Below, piece after piece: positions 40,151 through 54,327 of a stretch of 64,000 nucleotides of DNA. This DNA comes from Octopus sinensis (taxonomy: Eukaryota): contig NC_043001.1 of assembly GCF_006345805.1 (NCBI RefSeq), positions 7,502,001-7,566,000 on the forward strand. Direction: 5' to 3'. The notes below the pieces were generated by a model that made no database searches, was not told the origin of the DNA, and saw only the letters and a program-made list of their open reading frames with translations. Position 1 is the first letter of the stretch. Each line of letters starts with the position of its first letter. Position numbers and translations under genes: made by a program.

Positions 40151-41802
40151 TAGAACCAGTATTAGTAAACCAGCACATAAAACTGTTACAGGCCATGAAT
40201 AGCTACATGATATAAAAAACCAGAACACTTTTACCTGTGTACATGTTATGTATTCAGCATATTTTAACCAAAACCCGCTAGTTATAGGAAAGGAAACAAG
40301 ACTTGATTAAATTCAAACATTGCCTAAAACATTTTGTTTGTAGCACAGCGAAACTAGAAACAACTTTGTGGCTGTATTTCAGTTTTATTCACTAAAGCAC
40401 TCGGGCAGTATAGCGTAAATATGTAGATAATGACAAGGTAATTGGTACAGCTATAATCAGGCATGTGTCTTCGTTAAAACGCGATAGTTAAAAAAACAAA
40501 CATCCTATCCTTGGATATAAGGTTTGTTTCAAATGATGTGATGATGTTCTGCCATTTAGCGAAAGAATAGCAAGAACCCGTCAGGACATTTTGGACTTGT
40601 ACGGTGTTGGTGTATTTGCTTTCTGACCCAATGCATTTCCTGCGAATCCTGTGTATTTCGTTTTCGATATAGGCCCTTTTTCTTTCATAAAGGATGAATT
40701 ATAATGCCCAAAAAGGGTCTCTGCATAGTGCTTTTCTGTGAATGTTAGTACAGACGGATGTAGTTTCGTTGATTCTGAGTTCCCAATCAAGCTCAGACTG
40801 CTTCCGGTATTGACGAATAGTGAAAAAAAGAAAAATGTATATCAGCGGCTGACAAAAATATTTGTACACAAAGTTATGAAATTGCAAAATACCTGTTTCG
40901 ACTCTATGTGCTTAATATGTAGCAAGTATCCCCAGCGAAAGAGGCAGAAATACTTACTATGCAATATCAACACCATCAGTGGACTATTATCATCTCATAG
41001 GAATGATCCTGAGATGCTTTATAAGATTATTCCTCTGTAAACTTTGCCGTTGTTTTCCGGAAAACTATACACTAATTTGTAGGCATTAGATGATGTGTGG
41101 GCTCCAAGTATAAGGTATATATATATATATATGTATATATATATAAATATATATATGTATATGTATGTATATATGTATATGCGTATATGTGTGTGTATTG
41201 AATGTTGAGTTCAGTGAAACTGACTTAGTTTAAGCGCATGTGCGTTCAGGCATTCTTTGTATTTCAATATTGGATATTTCCCATTCATTTTTATTTCCCA
41301 CTGAGCATCAATATCCATAAATTCTCTCATATTAGATTTTAATCGCATATCTACGTCCCTATATCTGTATATCTATGCATTACAAAACCCTTATACGCTT
41401 TTCACGAGATTTATCACACTGACAACGTGTTACTGTTAATATATTGTTCAACAATAGCAAATCATATCGAGCAATATTAATCTTCTGTTTTGTTTTAATA
41501 ATATACATTTTTAAATTAATAAGTTAAAATATATGTTAGAATATATGTTGTACGCATGAATGGAATTTAATTCCAGATTTATTTCTGATCATATATTTTT
41601 TTATTTCATTATATAAAACGTATTACATTTTACAGACACAATCACAGCAATATATCTAGCAACATAATTTACAGCTATAATTTTTATATTCATTGCATGT
41701 TTATCGAGGTCATATTTGAATAGCATAAACCATAATTTCAATTAAGGTGTTAGACATACATATTAGAACGTTTTTAGTACCGTGACATCATGACCATTCA
41801 AG

Positions 41803-41835
<33 letters not shown>

Positions 41836-41884
41836 GAGTGGGTGTGTGTGTATGAGTGTATGTATATATGTATGTAAGTATATA

Positions 41885-41919
<35 letters not shown>

Positions 41920-41922
<3 letters not shown>

Positions 41923-42004
41923 TATATATACGTATCTATATAATATAACGCATATACGTGCATATATCTAATAACACGTATATACCTATATCAATATCTA
42001 TCTA

Positions 42005-42035
<31 letters not shown>

Positions 42036-42144
42036 TATATATATATATATATATATATGCATATATATACGTATCTATATAATATTAACGCATATACGTG
42101 CATATATCTAATAACACGTATATACCTATATCAATATCTATCTA

Positions 42145-42180
<36 letters not shown>
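41920..42180. repeat. Two-copy tandem duplication, period 139 bp, of microsatellite-rich DNA
   Basis: GCATATATATACGTATCTATATAAT...ATCTCTCTC starts at 41920 and 42059. Confidence 0.85.
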
Positions 42181-42200
<20 letters not shown>

Positions 42201-43121
42201 CGTGTAATAATAATATGTCAGTATATATATACACATATATATATATATATAGAGAGAGAGAGAGGGAGAGAGAGAAGTATAGATATATATTTATATATAC
42301 AGATAGAGATATTAGTGTATATGCATCTAGATAACAAGACACATTAATGTAGGTATATATACACACACTCGCGTACGTACATACTAATGTGATATCTATA
42401 GGCACATACATATACATATGCATAAACAAATACATATACAGAGGTTTTGATACATATACACAGGCGTACACAAAAATATATATTTCTATATTTTTTGTAT
42501 ACCTGCATAAAATGACATCGATAAGATAATTTTATTAAAAAGTTTAGGTAATAGCAAGGATAATCCTTACAATTCGGATATTGGCTATTATGTAATACAA
42601 TTTTCAATTGACTTTTGTTGGAAATTCCTATTTATATTTTTCTAAACGTTATGAAAATTTTTTAACATTAATTTTTCAGCCATTGATTTTTAAGCATTCT
42701 CTACATATATATTACACCCCCAAACACCCACTTGCAAATAACAACCGAAATGATGTATTATTTGAATGTTCTTGTTTTGTTTCTTTGTTAATATTTAATT
42801 TAAATAAAAAAAATCCATAAAGTACAAATAATGGCATGGTTAAATATTGATATATTGTATTAACGTTCTGCTACCTTAGTTCGGGGTATTTCATATTCCT
42901 TCAATTTACATACATATATATATATATAATATATATATATATATATTATATATTATATATATATAAATAAATAAAGATATATATGTATATAGATAGATGG
43001 ATAGATAAAGAGATAAATAGAGAGATAAATAGGTAGATATGCTTATATATATGTGTATAAATACATACATATACATATATATATATGTACACGCACATAC
43101 ACACACACACATATATATATA

Positions 43122-43182
<61 letters not shown>

Positions 43183-43420
43183 TATTCATATGTATATATA
43201 CATACGTATATATATGTATATGTATATACATATATACGATTTTTTGTTCATTATCTTCTCCGAGTTTCACTTACCCGCCAGTAAAATGCTATTACACTGA
43301 GATACCGTATGCACGAAATTCTATCGTTGTAGTTTTCTCTCTCTGAATAGAATGCTTCATAATTGATCCCGCCAAGAAAGGAACTACATATATATATATA
43401 TACATGCACACACACGCTCA

Positions 43421-43484
<64 letters not shown>

Positions 43485-43689
43485 AACACACACACACATA
43501 TACATATATATATATATATATATATTTAGAGAGAGAGAGGACTGGAGTGTGTGTCCTTTTTGTGTCATAAAAATGCGGCCAGGCTGAAGTACCGCGTTGA
43601 TGAATTTTAGACGAATATTCGACACTGCTACGTTACAGTTTTTAATACATATATATATATATTGTATACACCCAGTTAGTATTCTATCG

Positions 43690-43890
43690 GAATGTTTTGA
43701 CTAGACGCCATGTTGCCGTTGAATAAAACACACACACACATTGACTGGCAAGTGATAATGGGGGAGTATTAGAGACATAAAGCAGCAAACATAACCACTC
43801 ATATATAACCGAAGGCACCCGGCCAATGTGCCACGCAGTGGAACTGAACACGGAATCATATGATTTGGAAACAAAGGTTTTACATCACAC
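43690..43890 (-). mobile_element. SINE group C-related, diverged
   Basis: GCCACGCAGTGGAACTGAAC...GGAATCATATGATTTGG matches the group C head. Confidence 0.55.
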
Positions 43891-45550
43891 CCACATATAT
43901 GCAGAAGTGCTTCTGTGATTCATGATTTTTCTACCAATTCCACTTCAAGTTTTCTTATTACTCTTTACGAAATCCCGCAAGGATATACATATCCACATGT
44001 GTCTATGCATTTAGATTAATGCAGATTATTGCAGATTAACCTTCTCTTAGGTCTGTAGTGGAATACATCGTAAATCTATAAGAAAAGTGTAGGAATTTTG
44101 AACTACTGCATTTGTATCATATAACCATTAAAATATCTGAAACATGCTGTAAATAAACGTTTTAAAGATATTTTGAAAAGCATTTAACTTGATGCTATTT
44201 ATTTTTAATCAGTGAACGTATCGCAAATAACCTTCACATAAATCAGGAATATATATGGACTTAAGATAGAAAGCAACAAGTTAACCCTTTTTGGAAAGGT
44301 TTCTTTTGGGGTTGTTGCTCGTATTTCTGCTACATTTCGACCATACATTTTCTTTATACCTTTCATTGGCTATTCTTTTCATATTTTTCAAAGAAATTGG
44401 CATTTTTCCTTCCATGAAAATATATTTTTGTATATTATATATCAGCAATTGCTCATCAATATTTCATATGTATTTAAGCCTTAAGATATCTACTTATATA
44501 TATATATATATATATACATATAAATGTTTTCTCCGACTGTTATTAACCAATTACTGAATAAAATAACCTTACTTCTTTATATTTATTTCCGTATGGGATC
44601 AACTTGTAAATATATCACTGGATTAATGAGAACATATACATGTATACTGGTGCGTCTGTGTCTCTATGCTGATATTTTCAGACAGTTCTCTTCGATGTAG
44701 AGACGGCTATAATTATAAACTTTAGGATGGTTATCATAGGGCACACTATGAAAAGGCGCTGGCCAGTATAAATCTTTATTAAGAATCTGATATCAATAAC
44801 CTTAGGAATGAGATGCATACCTATTAATACTCCTATTAATACTCAATTTCTATTGAAATATACCAGGAAATATTCTGCATCCATGAGTACTTATGTATTG
44901 AGGTACATCTGCATCTATTTATTATACGTGCATTCATGTAAATAGAAGTGCGTAAATATGAAATTGCCCATGTTATTGATGTGTGGCGTTGAGTGATGCA
45001 TATACTTATATTTTCTGCAACTCTATGTTTCTTGTAGTTCTAATTACCGTGTTGTTTTCTGTGTATTCACTGAGATTTTTCAATGATATTTACTGTATAT
45101 ATTTAATTTGCGCTAAAGAATTTTCATATATTTAATTACTAACTCTAAGAGGGAATTTCGGCGTCAGAAAATTGTTTCTCCAAATTTAATCAAAAGAAAC
45201 TGTGCTGGTTTCTCCTGATTGAAGTGTTCAGGTTTCGTTAACAGGTTATTAAAGAAGTCGTATTGCCGTCCTTCAAGGAACCGATAATATATCAGTGCGA
45301 GTGTCATGAAAATAAATGTTGTTTACTTAAAAAGGATACGGCAAGGTTTTGGAAGTTAAATATTTATTTAATACTTCTAGCTTAATATATAACTGCTGTC
45401 TATACCAGCTGCTTTTTACTGAAGCGGGAATCTGTATACTTACTTTGGGAGAACTCGCTATCAAACTGTGGAGCGGTCCATCAAGAGACTCAATATGAAA
45501 AATATGGTCTTTGTTTGTAATATGGCCAATGCAGCAATGCTTAGCATAAA

Positions 45551-46170
45551 ACACGAGGTGCAGTCCAACAGTACACCACTTTATTTTTCCCCGCCAATCC
45601 CCTGCCGTGTGGGCAAAATCCGATGAGTGGGAGGCTTCTTGCACAAGTGCGACAACATTCGAATCTTGATGCGCCGGTGGGACTCTTCTTGCGTAAGTGC
45701 GATAACATTCGCATCGGAAGGGCGCGCCAGTTTAGTGTGCGTTCGTAGGATTTTCGTTTTCATGCAAGCTGACAGAAGGGCTCGAGCAGAAATCATAAAC
45801 TCGTATCTCATCACCGCTGCTGATGGTTTTCATGAAGTCTGCGTTGCTTGCACATTCGAGAATGTTCTGAGCTATTTCCAACCGGAGTTGCTTCCGCTGA
45901 TCTGCCAGTAACTAGGGGACGATTTTCGACAAAACATGATGCCAAATCTCAGCTCGATGCGTTCGGAGAAAATAGAAACCAGTTTTGCGCACGTCTCTGG
46001 TCACTACTCTTGGCTACACAGTCGAAAACGGGCGCAGTCAGCTGGCGCGAAAATTTTATCCCATGCCGATGTATGGCTGCGTCACCTCGTATCGAAATGA
46101 CTTTTTCCACGCGGCCTTAGTTTTCACGGGCAAAATTGATGTCTGATACTTTTTCAAAATACAGGTATAT
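45551..46170 (-). mobile_element. Decayed mariner (Tc1/mariner) transposon
   Basis: Minus translation 45926-45792: KIVP*LLADQRKQLRLEIAQNILECASNADFMKTISSGDEIRVYD (WVP-linker region and first catalytic D, cf. IITGDETWVY). CACGAGG...AGTA TIR-like end at ~45551; the other TIR is uncertain. Confidence 0.75.
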
Positions 46171-46952
46171 GGGGCTAGTGGAGGAACCTACAGATTTCTG
46201 ATTAGTGCGGCCTCGATTACTACGTTTTGCTGTATTTACTGCGTGACAGTTTCCTCGGATTGTACACATTAATTTTTTTTTCCTGGTCAAATTCGCAGCA
46301 TTAGAAAATATGCGAGTATATGTATTGCTTATAGAAATAAGAAAACTCACACGGGCAAAAAAGGCATACACAGATAGGCTTGAAGCGTCACGCACACATA
46401 CAAATAGAAAGTATTACTATTGCATGTATGTACACAATGTATTGATATTTATACAGCTAATGTCAAATTTTTTATGTTAGCCTACATAAGTATATTACGT
46501 TGACTTCAGTAAACATTATATACTTTTATACTATGTTTATTATGAAATGTCAAGTGTTTGTAGCTATTTGAGCTTCAAAATATTTTACGTACAAGAATAG
46601 ACGAAAATTAAAATATGAGTTATAACACTATCAATGATGTCATGTGATCTGTAACTTCAAAAGCTGGTTATAAATTAATCTACTTGCTTCAATTTGCATG
46701 GCATGAAGAGAGGAGCGTACGTGCAATATCATATAGGGTGCCCATTTCAAAAATACATGTGACAGGAAGCCTGCACAATAGTGATATTGTTTTACGTTTA
46801 AAGGTTATATAAAACAGAAAATTAGTTCTAAACACAAATAAATATGTGAAAAAAGAGGAGCACATCCTTACACACTTACTCATACATATTCATATCTAAA
46901 ATTATACACATAAAGACTCATATAAGCGTATATCTGTATAGATATATGTATT

Positions 46953-46989
<37 letters not shown>

Positions 46990-47018
46990 GTTTGAATTTA
47001 TGCATGTGTATTTGCGTA

Positions 47019-47052
<34 letters not shown>

Positions 47053-47320
47053 TGATGTGTCATTATATAAGGCAATACGGCGTGACAATAAAGATATAAC
47101 TGAGCAATCCTTTAATGCAGTGGAGCAGAATAGTTTAATTTTGAGGGGAATGTGACGCAGGGGCATTTGGTTCAATCATCCCCAGACCCACAAAAAAGAT
47201 AACCATTAGTTGTTAGACCCTTCGCAAGCGTACTTCATATAGACAAGATGCATTTGCATTCCTTAAAAAGGATAGGCGAGCAACATATTCTTTATACACA
47301 CATTTATACAATTATATGTA

Positions 47321-47375
<55 letters not shown>

Positions 47376-47406
47376 AATATATAATAAATATATAATAAAT
47401 ATATAT

Positions 47407-47442
<36 letters not shown>

Positions 47443-47462
47443 CATATGTATATATATATGTA

Positions 47463-47505
<43 letters not shown>

Positions 47506-48727
47506 GTGTGAGAGAGAGACAGACAGACAGACAGAAAGAGAGACAGGTAAAGAAAGAAAGAGTGTATGTGTTTTTATAAGTTTAACGATATGTACATGCA
47601 TAGATGCATCACTCAAGCATACAAGTGAACACAAGTGACACACTTGCCGGTATACACGGGCATATACACGTACACACAAACAGATACACGCGCGTACACT
47701 CACCCCCCCCCCACACACATACACCCACCCATACACACCCATCCAAACACTCATACACACAAACAAGATTCGCACGTGCATATCCCAAGCAGAAATTTAA
47801 TCACGCATTGAATATTCTACATCACTCTGTGTTTAGCATAATATTGCAGTTTCATTATATTGATTTTATTAACCCGCTGGATGTGTATGAATTTACATAT
47901 TGTTACTTTCGGTGTATCCCTAATTTTTCCAATATAGATATATACCATTCATGCATATGAAATTTTCTGGGGTTTGGAAACCCTTATCTAGGAAAATTGA
48001 TTCTATTTCACATGTTCTTTAGGAATATATATTTATATTACAGCAGGAATTACTTAATGTCATAAAGCATTCTACAACGCTTTCACGTAATTCTATTATA
48101 TTTATTAGCAGACTATATTTAATATATATATATTTAATAATGGTAATAAATAATACGTAATAATATAATATTAATAAATCTTTGTTGTTTAGGAATTTTC
48201 ATTTGGTGCATAAAATCAACGCGGCGTTGGTGAAGCTCTAGAACCATTTTCATACGAAATTAAAGTCTTTTAGTTTTACAAGAAAAGAGGGAGTTGGATT
48301 TGTGTCCAAATTCTATCAAACTCCACTTAAAAGCTCCACTTCAAGAATTGTTTGAATTGACTGCTATATTAAATCATCTCTCCAGTTTTATTGATATGAA
48401 AGTCGGCTTTGATCATTTTTGTGAAGCCAAACTTTATACAGAGTCAAATGCACACCAGTCTTCCTTCCATAATTGCCTGGTATTCATTTTTAATGAATAA
48501 TCATTTGAGATACTTGCAAGTAAATAAGTTAAATATTCTAATGTCACTGGGAATGAAATATCGTCTTCATTTAGCTACATTCAAGTATTATCCAAAATTT
48601 ATATACTACAATCTTTCGCTTTTATAATATGTATACTTATCAATATTTATATATCTATTTATAGAACAATGTTGCTCTCTCTCTCGCTACACACACATAT
48701 GATATGATATATATATATATATATATA

Positions 48728-48910
48728 GGGAGAGTTTACGAAAAAAAAACAAAAGACGAAGATAGGTGGTGTACAAAAGAAACAGATGTATTAGTATAAC
48801 GCTCGGGTATAGAAAAAGTCTTTTACGTTTCAAGCCTACGCTCTTCTACAGAAAGGGACACAGAAAAAACAAGGAGAGAAACAAGGTGAGAAAAAATGTA
48901 TGTAGTGGCA
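48728..48910 (-). mobile_element. Short PLE-type end with variant hammerhead at 48820-48855
   Basis: Minus: CUUU-CUGUAGA-A-GAGC-GUAG-GCUU-GAAAC-GUA-AAAG; abuts (TA)n ending at 48727. Confidence 0.65.
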
Positions 48911-48916
48911 AACGAA

Positions 48917-48952
<36 letters not shown>

Positions 48953-49050
48953 CAGTGTGTGCGTGCGTGTGTGCATTGGTGTGGATATGTATGTATATGT
49001 AAGTGTATATAATAAGTTGCGAGAATAGAAAAGCAATTACTAAATTATTA

Positions 49051-49390
49051 TTTATTAATTGAAAAATTGACAAACATCCCTTTCGGGCTCTCTGAAAGTT
49101 GAAACTCTACACAGGTAGATAACGGTATAATAAGTCGGTATTCAATTTCCTGATACTAAGTAAATAGTTTGCAGCCGTTTAGTCAATATGAAAAAATTGC
49201 ACTCCTACTTTGTATAAGTTTATCTAACCCTGAAGATATTCGACTTTCAGATAATTTTGAATTTAATTAATTAATTTTCTGAGAGCCTGAATTGAAACAG
49301 CTGTAAGGGATGTTTGTCATTTTTTTAATTAATAAACAATAGCTTATGAATTATCTTTCTATTCCCTCATCTTATTATTATAATAAATAA
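49051..49390 (+). mobile_element. PLE-type inverted element with hammerhead motif at 49228-49309
   Basis: Arms 49051-49082 / 49305-49336 (30/32). Plus strand CUGAAGA(49230-36), long stem II, GAAA(49294-97)-CAGCUG-UA. Stem I is weak. Confidence 0.6.
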
Positions 49391-49567
49391 AATATATATA
49401 AACCACAGTTTATATACTTACCTTGTAGTGGAGTATAACATATACTGTTCAAGACACTTTTTATAGGTAATTAACCAGTACTATCATAGGATTCTGCTAT
49501 CCCTGAAGGAGGTTTGTAATCTTTAATTGTGCTATGTGAATGTATGTGTATCTGTGTGCGTGCGCGA

Positions 49568-49598
<31 letters not shown>

Positions 49599-49914
49599 AA
49601 CGTTCAGCTTTTGCCGAACGACGTGCGGAAAGGAATTGTTTATATTGACCACATATTTGTTTGAGGAGGCGCACGAATCAGCTCTCGACGTGATCACAGA
49701 GTAACGTGATAAGAAGTTTTCTGCTGAAGGTTGAGGGAATCGTTATACATTTATCTGAGGTTTTATAATTACTGCGCAATGAAACTAATTTGTCATCATT
49801 ATGTAATGATCTATGAAAATATTAAATACTCCCCATTTGAAATTAAGGGCAACCATAATGATTCATACTGAATACGAGTCTTCAGTATAGTGTACAGAAG
49901 GATGTTGTTATATA

Positions 49915-50065
49915 TTTACATGACAAGTTTCTTTCAGTTTCTAGCTATGAAATGTACTCACAATGCTTTGCGCGACTCGTGTCTATAGTAGAAGACGTTT
50001 GCCTAAGATGTTATGCAGTGGAACTCAACCTGGGAACGTGGCTGGAAGGACAGCTTCGAATGACA
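49915..50065 (-). mobile_element. SINE group C, diverged 5' fragment
   Basis: TTCTTTCAGTTTC...CTATAGTAGAAGACGTTTGCC...GCAGTGGAACTCAACC. Confidence 0.65.
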
Positions 50066-51318
50066 TACCCGAATGACAAACTAGAATGCTATTCGTTTTC
50101 CATTCAAGTGAACACAGTGAAAATTTAATAAATAAATGACAGTAACACCTAAATGTTTCCAAATTGTGTGGTAAGTTTTAGCGTCGCCGACCAATTTTAT
50201 ACTCATGAGCATAGATATCTATAGTATTAATGTCCCAGGACGACCAAGAATAAGTAGTGCTGCAAATGTATCGATCGATGGTAATTATGTTAAAACTACT
50301 ATGTAGTTAGTACAAGCGTGTTAACGATGGCCATAGAAAATATTCTTAATATTTGCATTTTGCTGGATCATGTGTAATTTACAAAGTATATTCAAAGTTT
50401 CAAAGAGTTATTGCTCTGTCTATTGTAGTTGCCTGAAGGTGGAATGCAATTAGATATTTCCAAAAATGGTAGACTTTATCGGAGAAACATAACTTACAAC
50501 TTTTGTTCGAAGACTTTTTTGGATGTAAGTTTACAAACAATATAAAATGTATATCTGCAGACATAAGCCAAAAATTTCGTTGTTTATCTATGATAATAAA
50601 ACTATCTACAATAATAAGTTATTTCGCCTTTTGATTTAAACATAAATTTTATATAAAAACACAATACGGCAATTAACAAAATCTTGCTACAAAATCATTT
50701 TTAATAATTTTACGAGCATCCTCAGGCGTCAATAAATTACTGCGCTTTCACAAAACAATGTCGGTTTGATATAAGAATTATTTAATGTGTTAATCGTTAG
50801 AAAAATTGCGCCAAACTTCAGATATAGAAAACAGGAGTGCTGAACTTTCGCTATGTAAATATAATCGCGTTTCATTCGATACAAAGTAACAAAAAGAATT
50901 ATTTATTTTAAGAACGTTAATTTCCAGATTATTTAATCAATAATTTCTTGCGTTAAACAATAAAGTTAATCTATATTAACCTAAACTAAAATATGTACAC
51001 GTCTAATTCTGAATCAGTATAACATTAAACAGAATCATATAACCTAACGCCAAACATAGACGCCTGTACGCACACAAACACACACACGAGCGCGCGTGCG
51101 TGCACACACATACGCATGTATAGTATTTTATTCTTTTATTTCTTTACTAGTTGACTGCCACCATGCTGGAGCACCACATGTCGTCGAACAAACAGATCCC
51201 AGTACTTAATTTATCGGAACCGGTAAGTTACAGGGGTATAAACAGACCACCATCAGTTGGCAAGCAATGGATTGGGGACAAACACAGAAACACAAACATA
51301 TACGTTTCTTTCAAGATG

Positions 51319-51630
51319 TCAGCTATTTACATTAATTGCAGCTTTCACAGACTCCATTATCTGACCTTTGAGTTTCATAAACTTCCTAAACTGGCGTGTC
51401 TTCACCATTTCAAATTCATTCATGTACGACTTTTCTACATCTTGCTGGATTCTCTTTCTATCATCATCTCTGGTTATTTCCCTAAGTGATGAAGATATCC
51501 TCTCTTTGATCCTGTTATTTAGTTGTATAATGGATCCTCTCACGGACGAGGGCATGCCCTGCCCCTTCCGCTACTCTTCTAGCTTTATATGAATCCAATG
51601 GTGTCATTATATTCAAGCCAGAGGGTATTA
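51319..51630 (-). mobile_element. Penelope-like element N-terminal ORF remnant
   Basis: YKARRVAEGAGHALVRERI, then after a frameshift IQLNNRIKERISSSLREITRDDDRKRIQQDVEKSYMNEFEMVKTRQFRKFMKL, resembling the LLRERI...RQxxKFxxL N-terminal region of PLE ORFs. Confidence 0.6.
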
Positions 51631-51651
51631 GGTTTGAGTCTCTACATCTAC

Positions 51652-52028
51652 ACAATGGCCCAGTTGTTAGGGCAGTGGACTCGCGGTCATAGGATCGCGG
51701 TTTCGATTCCCACCCGGGCGTTGTGAGTGTTTGTTGAGCGAAAACACCTAAAAGCCCCACAAGGCTCCCGCAGGGGATGGTGGTGATCCCTGCTGTACTC
51801 TTTCACCACAACTTTCTCTCACTCTTACTTCCTGTTTCTGTTGTACCTGTATTTCAAGGGGCCGGACTTGTCACTCTCTGTGTCACGCTGAATATCCCCG
51901 AGAACTACGTTAAGGGTACACGTGTCTGTGGAGTGCTCAGCAACTTACACGTTAATTTCACGAGCAGGTTATTCCGTTGATTCGGATCAACCGGAACCCT
52001 CATCGTCGTAACCGACGGAGTGCTTCCA
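51652..52028 (+). mobile_element. SINE group B (long body, tail type 2)
   Basis: A/B-box-like head; strong similarity to 53978-54327. Confidence 0.85.
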
Positions 52029-52229
52029 CTTCCAAATCTACACAGAAAAGTTTGAACTGTACACATTTCTGTTTCCGTCCACCGAATCCATTCTTAAAGC
52101 TTTGGTTGGCCCTACGTTATAGTAGATGACACTTGAGCAAGGTACCATGCGGTGGCACTGAACCTGGAACCATGGAGTTGCGAAGCAAGCTTCTTACCAC
52201 ACAGCCACGCCTGCGTCTCTCTCTCTCTC

Positions 52230-52281
<52 letters not shown>

Positions 52282-52282
52282 A

Positions 52283-52334
<52 letters not shown>

Positions 52335-52453
52335 GAGAAAGAAGCAACAAGAATAGATTAGTTTTTAATACAATTGTTTCATACAAAGACAGGCTTTATT
52401 ACAAATTGCAGCAGATAAAAAGTTTCAAAAATTGCAGCAGATATATACTATAT

Positions 52454-52549
<96 letters not shown>

Positions 52550-53239
52550 GTGTTTATGTTAAGGGAGATCTCAGATTCATACCCAGTTTTATTCAGCAGT
52601 TAACTACTGCTGTTCATTTCAGCACCTATATATGTTTCTGCAGTAATTAGTGCACACTGCACAATGTGCATTTATTGTTAATTGCCCCGTGTTCTTCGTA
52701 GAGTCAACTGCATCTTTCCGATAGAATCTAAATTAAGTACAAATCCAGCTGAAATTTACCATACACTTTGAGTTGTCATTGTGTCAAAGATCCTAATGTT
52801 TTAAACTCTGTTGATTAAAGACAAATTGATTTGCTGTCCAACGACTTTTAGCAATCTGCAAACACACACCATGCTTGTTATTACCATCCCTCTCCCGAGT
52901 ATTGCTACTTCTACTATTCTTTTTTCTAATTCTTAATATTGTTAATAATGAGTTATAAGTCTATAATTTACTTTGCTAATTTTATAATTAAATTTGATTT
53001 AATACAGTTCTTTATTTAAGAGTCGAGGAATTATGTACATTATTTACATTATTTGCATTATTTACATTCGAAAGATATTTGTCCTCATCTTGTTTGTTAA
53101 CAACAAACAAGATGAGGAGAAATATCTGTCGAATGTAAATAATGTAAATTTAACTTATTCAAATTTAAGGATATCGTTAATTCTATTCCCTAATTTTTCT
53201 ATAACCCTAATGAAAATTATACCTCGTAGCACCAGCTAT

Positions 53240-53510
53240 TCAGTTGCACATTGTTACCATCTTGATGTAGATGAAACTTGAAGACATTTCTCGTATTAAT
53301 CTCCAGGTCGCACACTCTCTGCGTCTCTGTAATTGCCGCTCCTTTTCGACCCGATCATCTTTGCTGTAAAATTAGAGTGCAAGCTGGGTTGTACTGGATT
53401 GTTTGGACATTTCCTGCCTTAAAATGAATGTAATTTCCTTCAGCTCATTTATATACGGCTTCTATGTTGTCTGTAGGTCTTCCGGTAGCATAGCACTTGC
53501 TTGGGTTCAG
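53240..53510 (-). mobile_element. Old CR1-like RT fragment
   Basis: Minus translation IEAVYK*AEGNYIHFKAGNVQTIQY and AITETQRVCDLEIN parallel LDTIYRWAEDNNMQFNAGKFQALRY and AIPESKSVCDLGID of the 37479 copy. Confidence 0.65.
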
Positions 53511-53977
53511 TTTTGTAGCTGTGAAACGGAGATTTTCTGTTTAAAAATGTCATGGCTTATACTATACGTTTCTGGCTAGTTACAGAAAAAGGAAGTTTAT
53601 TTGGTAAACGAAATCAAATTAAATTTACCATCTGCCAGACGAGATGGTGAAGATGCCGACGACCGCTTTGTTCAAAGCCTCCCTTGACCTCAAGTGGCCT
53701 GAACTCTTTACATGAACACCACCCTGTACTTAACTCCATGTCCCCCTACATGGCCTTGCTATTTGCTTTTGAGCCAAATTAACTAACTAACTAACTAACA
53801 TAAGCTCGGAAAATATTCATGAGGTGAAGTAGGTTGTAATAAAGAATGTCTGTGTGCTACGATCGACATGTGGTTTTGCAAAATAGACATATTATAGATA
53901 GCCCGAAATACTATTACACATTGTAAAAATATAAAGTCAGGATTTCCCAATTTTGAGTGGATGTGATTCAATGATAT

Positions 53978-54327
53978 GGAGGCGCAATGGCCTAGTTATT
54001 AGGGCAGTGGATTCGTTGTCATGGGATAATGGTTTCGATTCCCAGACTGGGCGTTATGATTGTTTATTGAGTGAAAACACCTAAAGCTCCACAAGGCTCC
54101 AGCAGGGGGTGCTGGTGAACCCTGCTGTACTCTTTCACCACAATTTTCTCTCACTTTTTCTTCTTGTTTCCGTTGTACCTGTATTTCGAAGGGCCAACCT
54201 TGTCACACTCTGTGTCACGCTGAATCTCTCCGAGAACTACCTGAAGGGTACACGTTAATTTTCCGTGTAGGCTGTTCCGTTGATAGGAACAACTGGAACT
54301 CTTGTCGTCGTAATCGACGGAGTGCCA
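53978..54327 (+). mobile_element. SINE group B (long body, tail type 2)
   Basis: Similar to 51652-52028. Confidence 0.85.

Larger units (their letters stand above)
51135..52215 (-). mobile_element. SINE group C split in two (3' half 51135-51312, 5' half ~52065-52215) by nested inserts
   Basis: The halves rejoin at the TTCTTTCAG/TTTCCGTC junction of intact copies. Confidence 0.7.
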
